Assembly (NCBI GenBank): GCA_964291315.2
Contig: OZ219752.1
Span: forward strand, 256,001-320,000
Source of the DNA: Candidatus Poribacteria bacterium
GTDB taxonomy: Bacteria > Poribacteria > WGA-4E > WGA-3G
Reading direction: 5' to 3'
Length of the DNA stretch: 64,000 nt
The notes under the pieces are model-generated. The model saw nothing but the letters and a program-made list of their open reading frames with translations, was not told the DNA's origin and ran no database searches. Within the stretch, counting starts at the first letter, position 1. Each line of letters starts with the position of its first letter. Both the position numbers and the translations under genes were made by a program. Of the stretch, positions 53,101 through 61,683 are shown in pieces.

Positions 53101-54051
53101 AATGCGCAGGCGGTTGTAAGGCATAGCCGACATACTGCGCCGCTTGTTGCGTGTGGCAACTCTAACGCTGGGGATGGTGCGTGTTCACAGGGAGGCCGAG
53201 CCGTCTCAGCCAATGCTCATCAGACGACTTGTTTAGCAGGTCATACATATTGGTCGTGTAATGCCCCATCGGTCCTAATGCATAGCAAACATACTGCCCC
53301 CGTGGTCTGTCCTGCGGATAGTTGGACGGATTGTGGTGGCACGGTATCACATGCGGCGACGTGTCCAGCGGGTCATTCGTATTACACGTGTAACTCATCG
53401 TCAGCGTCGACACATTCAGCACATACCGCTCCGCCGCCGCCACCCCCTCCGCCGGAGGATCCGGTTGTTTGTCCTGCGGATAGTTGGACGGATTGTGGTG
53501 GCACGGTATCGCATGCGGCGACGTGTCCAGCGGGTCATTCGTATTACACGTGTAACTCATCATCAGCGTCGACGCATTCAGCACATACCGCTCCGCCGCC
53601 GCCACCCCCTCCGCCGGAGGATCCGGTTGTTTGTCCTGCGGATAGTTGGACGGATTGTGGTGGCACGGTATCACATGCGGCGACTTGTGCGGCGGGTCAT
53701 TCGTATTATACGTGTAACTCATCGTCAGCGTCGACACATTCAGCACATACCGCTCCGCCGCCGCCACCCCCTCCGCCGGAGGATCCGGTTGTTTGTCCTG
53801 CGGATAGTTGGACGGATTGTGGTGGAAAGGTGTCACATGCGGCGACTTGTGAAGCTGGGCACGAGTATTATACATGTAACTCGTCAGCAGCTTCGGAACA
53901 TTCGGAACATACCGCTCCCGAACCGGCCTGCCCTGCAAGTAGTTGGACAGATTGTAGTGGGACCGGAACGGAGCATAAGGCGAAGTGTGGTAGAGGGCAT
54001 ACGTATTACACGTGCAATTCTTCGGCGCTTAAGAAACACTCCAAGCATTAG
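50173..54051 (+). CDS. large secreted Cys/His-rich repeat protein
   Basis: GGAGG RBS; signal peptide; coiled coil with hydrophobic segment; 8+5 Cys4/His4 repeats. Confidence 0.9.
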   Translation: MNRKYTVTVFLCGLFCLHTVALVLANNEERTQSQKDAESKYAQALDGYQDAQIARGNVKIDVRALEITRGLLQKEISDEKLAAYGTVLNTAVALLTGASAATIATRTAAAIVIGKSVSDMVRTIRDALKENKKATLHKLKQGMYNLETELIERTKVVQDEAADANSELDAWKAVEPGATYDKKPLDERYIDVETMHPDYTRTLPDPPTYRSDTTETIACPACRDQVKPPYLTKIVVLSPGLIMGIEKTVKRYRGHEVTCAETRHSTGKACDGEYYSCLSPYSSASIVCPNDADHRVVGTCGELKGSRFKKHEYAKGSPGNHGKKLKTCGSIGMRWEQSDGTVTRQVCKIKVFPCAPAHGRHNWDLVSFKKLSLNLGSGSNYICANSSCSMSGSSSSGDDEDDEDDTADNTQGGSEYGMGMDVRSINGSGSPNVPHREQVARALASRAWRALHWNHSVSLGISAAPEQTTSPLKLSYEHQRVCSEGHKYWLCDASQRLGHAQLVCSRSACGQAFTQCSNHSSACVGGWHTGGAGDFSETADALAVVCGNPHRRDGACAYGGQTPSVNAHRTTCLAGHTYWSCNAQAVLTHSKHTARLVTCGNSNAGEGACSQGRQAVSLNAHQTTCLAGHTYWSCNPVAKQTHSSHTASSGEGTDAPNTVPARAPAPTPARPPTGDGACGNSNAGAGACSVGGKAPSANAHRTTCLAGHTYWSCNAQAVITHSRHTAPLVACGNSNAGAGACSQGGRVVSLNAHQVRCLAGHTYWSCNPVAKQTHSSHTASSGESASLSKISSMLLLTGDGACGNSNAGDGACSAGGRAPSANAHQIRCLAGHTYWSCNAQAVVIHSRHTAPLVACGNSNAGAGACSAGGQAVSLNAHQARCLAGHTYWSCNPLAKQTHSSHTASSGEGTDAPHLAPVAPDPKPSRAPAPTPARPPTGDVACGNSNAGAGACSAGGRAPSANAHQVRCLAGHTYWSCNAQAVVRHSRHTAPLVACGNSNAGDGACSQGGRAVSANAHQTTCLAGHTYWSCNAPSVLMHSKHTAPVVCPADSWTDCGGTVSHAATCPAGHSYYTCNSSSASTHSAHTAPPPPPPPPEDPVVCPADSWTDCGGTVSHAATCPAGHSYYTCNSSSASTHSAHTAPPPPPPPPEDPVVCPADSWTDCGGTVSHAATCAAGHSYYTCNSSSASTHSAHTAPPPPPPPPEDPVVCPADSWTDCGGKVSHAATCEAGHEYYTCNSSAASEHSEHTAPEPACPASSWTDCSGTGTEHKAKCGRGHTYYTCNSSALKKHSKH
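51805..53292 (+). repeat. eight intragenic CGN..C..NAH...CLAGHTYWSCN..HS.H repeats arranged in four pairs
   Basis: counted in translation; alternating short and Pro/Ala-rich linkers. Confidence 0.92.
53305..54048 (+). repeat. five intragenic CPA.SWTDC..H...C..GH.YYTCNSS..HS.H repeats, 162 bp period
   Basis: near-identical DNA units with poly-Pro linkers. Confidence 0.92.
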
Positions 54052-54064
54052 GCGATTTCTTTGA

Positions 54065-54098
54065 GAACAAAGCCTTGTTTTTCAGTAGGGCTTTGTTC
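54065..54098 (+). terminator. stem-loop after large gene
   Basis: GAACAAAGCCTT / AGGGCTTTGTTC; no U-tract on + strand. Confidence 0.55.
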
Positions 54099-54141
54099 AA
54101 AAGGAGGCAAAGCGAGTGCCTAATATTAAGGGGATGACGTA

Positions 54142-54846
54142 ATGTTGAGGCATCTATTATCAAACAAGCGGATTTTGGGTGTGGTTGTCTGTGCTTTAGT
54201 GCTGGTTGTTGCCGTCGTGGTGTATCAGGAAACGGTGAAACGGCAAGCTCACCGCGATATACAACGCACTGAAAAGATCGTCAAAGAGAGGCAACGTCAG
54301 GAGACCGGCTCTCAGCCCACAGAGAATGGGCACTACCATTCGGATGGCACATATCACACAGGCTCACATGAAACACCGTCTGGCATGACTGCCCCGTCAA
54401 AAGAGGTTGAGAGGAGCGGTATAGCTCCTGAGAGTGTGATATGGACAGGCAAGCCGCTGCGTGAAGTGTCAGCACCCGATCCGCTGAGTCCTGCAGAGCG
54501 CAAGGCACGCAATGCGAAAATACAAGCACTCAATACTGAGATAAAGCAACTTGTGCGCGCAACGCGGGCACACATGCACAAGTATAATGAACAAGTTGAC
54601 AAATATCCCAAAATCAGGCAAGAAATAAAGGCAATCTCGACAGAGTTGGACACTTTCCCCGCTGCAGAGGATCGCACTACGGAACAACAGACACGCTATG
54701 ACACCCTTTTAAAACGGTATTTAGAATTGGAGAACCTTGCTGACGAAGTTCTCACTATCGCAAATGAAATGCGGGAAGAGAGCCGCCAGCTTCTTGAAAA
54801 TCTCGATCCACTTGAAACGGAGCTGAGTGCGTTACGGCGCCAATAA
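54142..54846 (+). CDS. array paralog 6 (type C)
   Basis: identical to paralog 3 beyond residue ~38. Confidence 0.9.
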   Translation: MLRHLLSNKRILGVVVCALVLVVAVVVYQETVKRQAHRDIQRTEKIVKERQRQETGSQPTENGHYHSDGTYHTGSHETPSGMTAPSKEVERSGIAPESVIWTGKPLREVSAPDPLSPAERKARNAKIQALNTEIKQLVRATRAHMHKYNEQVDKYPKIRQEIKAISTELDTFPAAEDRTTEQQTRYDTLLKRYLELENLADEVLTIANEMREESRQLLENLDPLETELSALRRQ

Positions 54847-54944
54847 GGAGGGATGTTGATGAAACACAGCCGTATTGTAGTTGAAATAATATTAGGTTTG
54901 ATGTAGTCTATACTTCAGGAACTGAAAAGTAGGAGCATAACAAA

Positions 54945-55649
54945 GTGTTGAAGCGTCTATTATCAAACAAGCGGATTTTGGGTGTGGTTGTCTGTGCTTT
55001 AGTGCTGGTTGTTGCCTTCGTGGTGTATCAGGGATCAATGAAACAGCAAGCTCACCGCGATATCCGACGGACTGAAAAGAGCATCAAAGAGAGGCAACCT
55101 CGGGAGACTGGCTCTCGGTCTGCAGAGAGTGGGCACTACCATTCGGATGGGACATATCACACAGGCTCACATGAAACAACGTCTGGCACGACTGCTCCGT
55201 CAGCAGAGGGTAAGAGGAGCGGTATAGATCCTGAGCGTGTGATATGGACGGGCAAGCCGCTGCGTGAGGTGTCCGCACCCGATCCGCTGAGTCCAGCAGA
55301 GCGCAAGGCACGCAATGCGAAGATCCAAGCACTCAATACAGAGATCGAGCAACTCTGGCGCGTAATAGAGGCACAAACCGTCGAGTGGAATGAACACGTT
55401 GATAAATATCCTAAAATCAGCCGAGAAAGAAGAGCAATCTTAGCAGAGATGAACGCCCTCCCTACTGCACAGGATTGGACTGCGGAAGAACGAGCTCGCT
55501 ACAACGCACTTTCAAAAAGGTTTGAAGAATTGGACGATCTAAGTGACAAAATTTTCTCTACCTCTGATCGGATGCAGGAAGAGAATCGCCTGCTTCTTGA
55601 AAAGCGCGATGCCCTTGAAGCGGAGCTGAGTGCGTTACGGCGCCAATAA
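54945..55649 (+). CDS. array paralog 7 (type B-like)
   Basis: 234 aa; QTVEWNEHVDKYPKISRE. Confidence 0.9.
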   Translation: MLKRLLSNKRILGVVVCALVLVVAFVVYQGSMKQQAHRDIRRTEKSIKERQPRETGSRSAESGHYHSDGTYHTGSHETTSGTTAPSAEGKRSGIDPERVIWTGKPLREVSAPDPLSPAERKARNAKIQALNTEIEQLWRVIEAQTVEWNEHVDKYPKISRERRAILAEMNALPTAQDWTAEERARYNALSKRFEELDDLSDKIFSTSDRMQEENRLLLEKRDALEAELSALRRQ

Positions 55650-55706
55650 TAGTTGCGAACTACATCCTGATAACAACTATCTAATAACAAATTAAGGAGA
55701 ATATCC

Positions 55707-56267
55707 ATGGCTAATCAAGACTTCAATCTCACTGGTGCTATTAAAGTACGACCGGCTGAAGAAACCGATGCAGCTAATTTGCACATGTACTGCTTTCCTG
55801 AAAAAACCAAAAAGCAGGTCACTGAAGAGCTGAAAAACGATCTGAAAGCTGAAAATCAGACACACCGACTTGTTGCTGAATCGAGTGGATACCCTATTGG
55901 GCAGGTCACTGTCAAGCAAAACGTTGGTAACCCCGAGATCGCACAGGTTGGGAATCTTGCTGTTGCAGGGCCTTTTCGGCACTTCGGGGTCGCTAATTAC
56001 CTGATAGAGGCGGCTCAGGATGCTGCTGCAGCGAACGGTGTAAAATCGCTTCAAATAGAGTTATCCCCCTCCGATACGAGCGTTATTCAGCGGTATAAGG
56101 ACTGGGGGTTCTCCGAAAAACCGGTCGTTGTTCTCGAAAAGATACTCGGTGAATCAGAACCGGAGGCAGAGGAAGGAATACAGGTAGAGGCAGACGACAC
56201 CGACGAAGATGCCGAAGATGGAGCCTCAGCAGACGACGATGAACAACCCAGCCTGCTTGACTCCTAA
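55707..56267 (+). CDS. GNAT family N-acetyltransferase with acidic tail
   Basis: LAVAGPFRHFGVA, YKDWGF. Confidence 0.85.
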   Translation: MANQDFNLTGAIKVRPAEETDAANLHMYCFPEKTKKQVTEELKNDLKAENQTHRLVAESSGYPIGQVTVKQNVGNPEIAQVGNLAVAGPFRHFGVANYLIEAAQDAAAANGVKSLQIELSPSDTSVIQRYKDWGFSEKPVVVLEKILGESEPEAEEGIQVEADDTDEDAEDGASADDDEQPSLLDS

Positions 56268-56282
56268 AAGGAGAATAGATTT

Positions 56283-57167
56283 ATGAACAGAATCTGGCTC
56301 CCGCTCCTCCTGGTCCTTTTTGTTGTCGGGTGCGGCACCCAAAACGAAAATCTTGCCAAGGGGAAGGAGTTGATTAAATCCGATAAACGCCGGAAAGAAG
56401 AACGGGCTGTTCGAGAATTTAAACTTGCACTCCAACAACCGATCGATAAGGCAGAATCACACTACCTGCTCGGACTTTACAATTCCCAGGAGTTTTACGA
56501 ACCGAATACCGCCGACCGGGAAGCGGCCTCAATCGCTGCGCGCGGGGGACACATGTTCCTTGCATATAAGGAAGAACCGCGTAAGTATCTTGAGATACTC
56601 ATTTTTGAGACGCTTCGCGATGACGATCTAGATATTCAAAACGTCGCGCTCGATGCTTTAACGCGCATATATAAAGAGGGCGATCGGAAACGACTGATCA
56701 GTCAACTTCAGAAGGCTATCAAATCCGGGGATAATCGCGATAGACACAGCGCACATTGGGTATTTGGACACCTCGGTAAGGAAGACCCCGGGGTGCTTGT
56801 CCCCATTTTGTTAGAACTGCTTGATCACGGCCGCGAAGAAACCCGCTTGAATGCCGTTAAGGCCCTTGGCGACATCGGGAGCGAAGAAGCAATTCCTGCC
56901 CTCGCTGCCCTGATTGACTCCGGCGCTGCTAGATGGAAACGCGACCGGGAGAAACCTGAAGTTCGTCAACTCGCTGTAGAAGCCCTCGGCAAAATCGGTG
57001 GTGCTGCTGTCCCAGAACTCATCAAAATTGTAGAGAATAAGGGGTCTTCGCTACGTGTCGACGCTATTCGCGCCTTAGCAACCCTCGGAGATGAAAAAGT
57101 CGTTGTGCCGCTCTTAGATGTTTTGAAAGAGCAGAGCAGCCGGGATGTGAGTATCCCCCTTAATTGA
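56283..57167 (+). CDS. HEAT-repeat lipoprotein
   Basis: VVGC lipobox; R..AV.ALG.IG repeats. Confidence 0.85.
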   Translation: MNRIWLPLLLVLFVVGCGTQNENLAKGKELIKSDKRRKEERAVREFKLALQQPIDKAESHYLLGLYNSQEFYEPNTADREAASIAARGGHMFLAYKEEPRKYLEILIFETLRDDDLDIQNVALDALTRIYKEGDRKRLISQLQKAIKSGDNRDRHSAHWVFGHLGKEDPGVLVPILLELLDHGREETRLNAVKALGDIGSEEAIPALAALIDSGAARWKRDREKPEVRQLAVEALGKIGGAAVPELIKIVENKGSSLRVDAIRALATLGDEKVVVPLLDVLKEQSSRDVSIPLN

Positions 57168-57244
57168 AGGGACAGGCGTTATGGCACGCCCCGGGGCGCC
57201 TAATACCTTGATGAAACCTGCTATTCAATGGAAAGGACTGAAGT

Positions 57245-58696
57245 ATGGTAGGGAAAACAACACGCATGAAACAAATCTGCCGCTTCGCGGTTATTGTGCC
57301 CTTTTTCGCGCTTGTACTCGGACTGGTACTCGGATGTGACAACCGGTATTCCGATGAACGTTTGAAAATGGAGGTACAGCAGTTAGACAGTGACCTTATG
57401 AACCGTTGGGCAACAAGTGGTGTTATCGTTTTAAACACGACCCCCAACGGGCCGGCGAATAAGGCACAACTTGAACCTGGAGAACTGATCTCCTATGTCA
57501 TTGCGGAATATCCGGTCCAAAGCACAGACGACTTCAACAGGGCGCTCAAAAAAGCACTTGAGGGTGATAACAACCTCATTCTCTATTTGAAAGGCAAGCC
57601 ACCTATCCGTATTGCCCTTCGGAGACAAGGCGATAAGGTAGGCCTCAGCACTGAAGGAACGGGAACGGTGCGAGTCAAGGAAATTCAAGCTGGGACTCCT
57701 GCTGCAAATGCGGATATTCAGGTAGGCGATGTCGTTGAAAAAATTGTTGATGAGCGAAATATTTATGACCTTGCGGATTACAAAAAGACCTTGGGGAAAC
57801 TCTCCAAACACAAAATTACCTTCCGAACATCTGAATTAATAGGCGTGAAGATCGCTGCTGTGACGGCCCTTGGTGATTTGGGGGATGCCCGGGCGATTCA
57901 GCCGTTAATGGATCTCTTCAAAAATAGTGCAGAGTTCTCGGTTCGCAAAGCCGCCATCATCAGCCTGCAACGGCTCGTTGAATTAAGCATGCTGAACAAC
58001 CTTTTCCACGAATTTCAACGGGCGAATGTGAATCAGCTCCCCGCTGATAGTATGCATGTGAGCCAATTGGAATCTGCTGCTATCCTGGGCTTACTCACTG
58101 TTGATAGAGCCGGAAATACTGCTACACTCAAAGAGCCTTTCGGAACACAATTCAGACACAGGTCAGAAACACTCTATCGAGAAATCAACGGGGGACAGCT
58201 TGCTGAGATCGCGCAAGAATACATTCAGATGCATGTAGAGCCTGAACAAGAGATTCGGCGTGCGTGTCTCGCGATACTCGGAGTCCTCAAACCGGTTTCG
58301 GCAATTGAGGATCTCGTTGTTGTCCTCGAAAGCCCGTCAGAAATTCCCGGCATCCGTTTCCAAGCGGGACTTGCCCTCAGTCAGATTGGTGAGCCTGCTG
58401 TTGATGCGCTCATCGCGGTTTTTGAAAATAAAGATACCAGCACAAAAGATATCGCGGCTTCCGCCCTCGGCAGGATCGGTGGAACTAAGGCGCGAGATCG
58501 ATTGATTGATGAGCTTGAGACAACTCATCAACCTGCGATTCGACTAACGCTTGTTGACGCGATTTCCAAAATCGGTGATGCCCCGTCTATACGGGCACTT
58601 GAACGCCAACGTGAACGATACCAACAGAATGCTGATCCTGGCCTGCGTATCTTTCTAGATGAGGTTTTTAGAAACTTAGCCAGTGGATCCATGTAA
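57245..58696 (+). CDS. PDZ + HEAT-repeat lipoprotein
   Basis: VLGC lipobox; two PDZ-like GPA/GTPA..GD segments; HEAT repeats. Confidence 0.82.
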   Translation: MVGKTTRMKQICRFAVIVPFFALVLGLVLGCDNRYSDERLKMEVQQLDSDLMNRWATSGVIVLNTTPNGPANKAQLEPGELISYVIAEYPVQSTDDFNRALKKALEGDNNLILYLKGKPPIRIALRRQGDKVGLSTEGTGTVRVKEIQAGTPAANADIQVGDVVEKIVDERNIYDLADYKKTLGKLSKHKITFRTSELIGVKIAAVTALGDLGDARAIQPLMDLFKNSAEFSVRKAAIISLQRLVELSMLNNLFHEFQRANVNQLPADSMHVSQLESAAILGLLTVDRAGNTATLKEPFGTQFRHRSETLYREINGGQLAEIAQEYIQMHVEPEQEIRRACLAILGVLKPVSAIEDLVVVLESPSEIPGIRFQAGLALSQIGEPAVDALIAVFENKDTSTKDIAASALGRIGGTKARDRLIDELETTHQPAIRLTLVDAISKIGDAPSIRALERQRERYQQNADPGLRIFLDEVFRNLASGSM

Positions 58697-58725
58697 ACCA
58701 ATGCAGTCCTCACACAACGTGGACT

Positions 58726-59571
58726 GTGCTATGCATGAAAATTGGACTTATTTCAGATTTACACACTGACGTTACGTCTTTCAACAAAGCGCTTATCCCG
58801 TATCTCATTGATGCAGTAAATGCAGCGGAACTGGATGTTTTGGTGATGGCGGGCGATCTTGCGCGACATCTCGTCCAACTTTCTGAAACGCTCAACCTTT
58901 TTCACCTTGCAAATTTAGCGTGTGAAAAATTGTTTGTGCCCGGAAACCATGACATTTGGGCTATTGAGACGCCCGATGTGACAAGCGAGCAGAAATGTGA
59001 CATTATTTCGAAACTCTGTTATGAGTGTGGGTTTCATCCGCTCATGCGTGAACCCTTCATCACTGAGAAGATCGCTTTCTGTGGAACTATCGGCTGGTAC
59101 GATTACAGTTTCGCCCCCGAGGGTTATACCTTCTCGGATACACAATATGCGGAAAAGGAACTCATGGGGGCTGTTTGGAATGATAAACGATACGCGAGAT
59201 GGTTGGATACCGATCGCGTTGTCGCTCAAGGTTTTGAAAATGCCCTTGAGGCGCAAATTGCTGATGTCCGAAACAGGGTAGCTTCTATCGTTGTAGTTAC
59301 CCACCATGTCCCGTTTCGTGAGTGCATCCAATACCGGGGCGAATTACCTTGGGATTTCTTCCGCGCCTTCATGGGCAGTGAAGGTCTCGGGGCTTGCTGC
59401 TTGCGAGAGCCTCGCGTCACGCACACACTTTTCGGGCATAGCCACCGCTCGGTTGATATGCAACTTCGTAACGTTCGTGCTATCTGTGCCCCTATCGGCT
59501 ACCTCTATCAAGAACCTAAGCTTGGATTGAAAGCATACGCCTCACAATGTTTGACCTGTTTCAACGTATAA
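58726..59571 (+). CDS. calcineurin-like metallophosphoesterase
   Basis: DLH, GD, GNHD, THH, GHSH. Confidence 0.92.
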   Translation: MLCMKIGLISDLHTDVTSFNKALIPYLIDAVNAAELDVLVMAGDLARHLVQLSETLNLFHLANLACEKLFVPGNHDIWAIETPDVTSEQKCDIISKLCYECGFHPLMREPFITEKIAFCGTIGWYDYSFAPEGYTFSDTQYAEKELMGAVWNDKRYARWLDTDRVVAQGFENALEAQIADVRNRVASIVVVTHHVPFRECIQYRGELPWDFFRAFMGSEGLGACCLREPRVTHTLFGHSHRSVDMQLRNVRAICAPIGYLYQEPKLGLKAYASQCLTCFNV

Positions 59572-59601
59572 TGCAATTCCAAAGATAGAAAGGAAACCAC
59601 T

Positions 59602-59961
59602 GTGGAGATAACGCTAACTAACAGTAATGACACTGGTGCCCTCGAATTTCCATGGGGGGCAATTAAATGGCTCTGCAACGATCAAATAGACTCGAATGCT
59701 GAGATGACGTTCGGGGTTGTCTATATTAATGTTGGTGAAAGCAATCCTGTCCACTACCATCCGAACTGTGAGGAGCTCATTTATGTCCTCTCTGGTGAAT
59801 GCGATCACAGTTTGGGCGATGAGCTCATCCGTCTCAAACCTGGCATGATGTTGCGTATACCGCGGAATGTCAAACACAATGCGGTCAACATAGGCTGGCA
59901 GCCTGTGACAATGATTATCTGTTATTCGGATGCCGACAGGCAGAGCGTATTTGAGGAATAG
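59602..59961 (+). CDS. cupin domain protein
   Basis: HYHP..EE, IP..VKH. Confidence 0.9.
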   Translation: MEITLTNSNDTGALEFPWGAIKWLCNDQIDSNAEMTFGVVYINVGESNPVHYHPNCEELIYVLSGECDHSLGDELIRLKPGMMLRIPRNVKHNAVNIGWQPVTMIICYSDADRQSVFEE

Positions 59962-59973
59962 GAGCCTTGATTT

Positions 59974-60000
59974 GTAGGTGGGATTTCCAAATCTCGACCT
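59974..60000 (+). repeat. REP-like palindrome
   Basis: GTAGGTGGGATTTCCAAATCTCGACCT. Confidence 0.55.
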
Positions 60001-60047
60001 TATCCGATATACGATACGTCCATTCTCCTAAAAGGAGTTACTGTACA

Positions 60048-60737
60048 ATGTCCAAAGAATCATCTTGCAGTGTTAAGATCTGCGGTATTACCTCTATCCA
60101 TGATGCTCGACTTGCTGCTGACGCAGGTGCAAACTATATCGGTGTGTTAGTTGATGTTGCTGTATCAGAACGGACTCGTTCTGTGCTCCAAGCGTCTGAA
60201 ATCAGAAGGGCGAGCCCGATCGCTGCCGTAATTTTACTGTACAACCGCACAACAGCCGATATCCAACAGATAGTGGCACAAGTTCAACCGTTTGCTCTAC
60301 AACTCCTCGGTCAGGAGCCGCCGCAACAGGTTGCGGAACTTAAAGAGACTGTGTCGTGCCAGCTTTGGAAGTCTATTTATCTGCCTGCCGGGAGCCCCGA
60401 AAACGTAGATATGTCGGCCGTCAGAGCGGAGATGCAAACCTACCGGGACGCTGGTGCGGATTTCTTGCTCTTTGATAGCGTTGATATGAGTCTGGAGAAA
60501 CCCAGATACGGCGGTACAGGCAAAACTTGCGATTGGAATGTTGCTGCTGAACTTATTTCAGATAGTCCCCTGCCGGTATTTTTCGCGGGTGGGATTCGAC
60601 CAGAGAATGTTAAAGCTGCTATTGAGACAATCCATCCACACGGTATTGACCTCTGTTCTGGCGTTGAGGCATCAAAGGGGATCAAAGATCCACGTAAACT
60701 TGGACAACTCATGGCACAGGTTAAACAAGCGTATTAA
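60048..60737 (+). CDS. trpF: phosphoribosylanthranilate isomerase
   Basis: VKICGIT, GGTG..DW, AGG, D..SGVE; AAGGAG RBS before ATG 60048. Confidence 0.92.
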   Translation: MSKESSCSVKICGITSIHDARLAADAGANYIGVLVDVAVSERTRSVLQASEIRRASPIAAVILLYNRTTADIQQIVAQVQPFALQLLGQEPPQQVAELKETVSCQLWKSIYLPAGSPENVDMSAVRAEMQTYRDAGADFLLFDSVDMSLEKPRYGGTGKTCDWNVAAELISDSPLPVFFAGGIRPENVKAAIETIHPHGIDLCSGVEASKGIKDPRKLGQLMAQVKQAY

Positions 60738-60848
60738 AAAATATCAGTCGCCGGTTCCCGGTTGTAGGTGAGGGGCATCCTGGTGGAACGCCCGCTTAAC
60801 CGGCAGCTGATGACAGATGATTGGTAACCATGTAAAAAGGAGCCTATT

Positions 60849-61589
60849 ATGAATAACGGGTTGATCTGCCGAGTACGACAGGCGTTCGGCACTCTTTTTC
60901 GGCTAACCGCTGTTTTTCTATTAATGTCTATGGTATCCATTGCTGATTTTTCTACGGCTTTCGGTGATAGTCATGAAGCTGCAGGTGAAAAATTGGAAGA
61001 AAAACCGGGTATCTCAGGGTGGTTCCAGCTTGATGTTGATAGTCGCGGCACCTATTTTTTGGTTGGTGCCAGCCATCCCCTCGGCGGTGTGTCCCTTGAT
61101 TCTAATATCTATATTAACGATCATTTCGGTGAATTTGATATCGGGTTCTCGTTCCCTGTTATAAAGAACGATAATGCGACACTCATACTGCTCCCGATGC
61201 TCGGCGTTGGGTTTGATTACACCGCGGCAGATGCTCCGAATGCCCTATTTCCACAAATATTTGTTTTTTTACCTGCTGGTAAAATTTATGGGTTTCATTG
61301 GACCATTGGCACAGTCAAAACTATATTTGATGAGGAAGTCCTTAATGAACTCTACAATAGGACTTATTTTACCTATGCCCTTAATGATACGCTCGCTATC
61401 GGTCCACAGTTTGAATCTGTGATGGGTTTTGGTGGTGATGACAGGCTCTGGGCTCTCAATTTCGGGGCTCGCCTAAATATTGGTTACGGTAAGCACAACA
61501 CGCTCGGTCTATACGTTGGCTATGAAACTCAAAAAGAGGATGGAGAAACCGGACTGACCGGTAGAATGAATTTTACTCGGCGCTGGTAG
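60849..61589 (+). CDS. putative outer-membrane beta-barrel protein
   Basis: signal peptide; alternating aromatic beta-strands; terminal W. Confidence 0.7.
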   Translation: MNNGLICRVRQAFGTLFRLTAVFLLMSMVSIADFSTAFGDSHEAAGEKLEEKPGISGWFQLDVDSRGTYFLVGASHPLGGVSLDSNIYINDHFGEFDIGFSFPVIKNDNATLILLPMLGVGFDYTAADAPNALFPQIFVFLPAGKIYGFHWTIGTVKTIFDEEVLNELYNRTYFTYALNDTLAIGPQFESVMGFGGDDRLWALNFGARLNIGYGKHNTLGLYVGYETQKEDGETGLTGRMNFTRRW

Positions 61590-61683
61590 GGTAGCTTTCT
61601 CTATCGATCCATAGGTGTGCTTCAAACGGATCAGAGGCACGTCTTTTAAAACCTGTGTAATCCGTGCTTCAGATGTCGGGTAT

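Noticed and set aside
53162-54064. Long alternative-frame ORFs (258 aa minus, 243 aa plus)
   Set aside because: Shadows of the 162 bp coding repeats.
46238-55649. CRISPR array, integron or diversity-generating retroelement interpretation of the repeats
   Set aside because: Units are whole genes; there is no cas, integrase, attC-like site or reverse transcriptase, and differences are not adenine-restricted.
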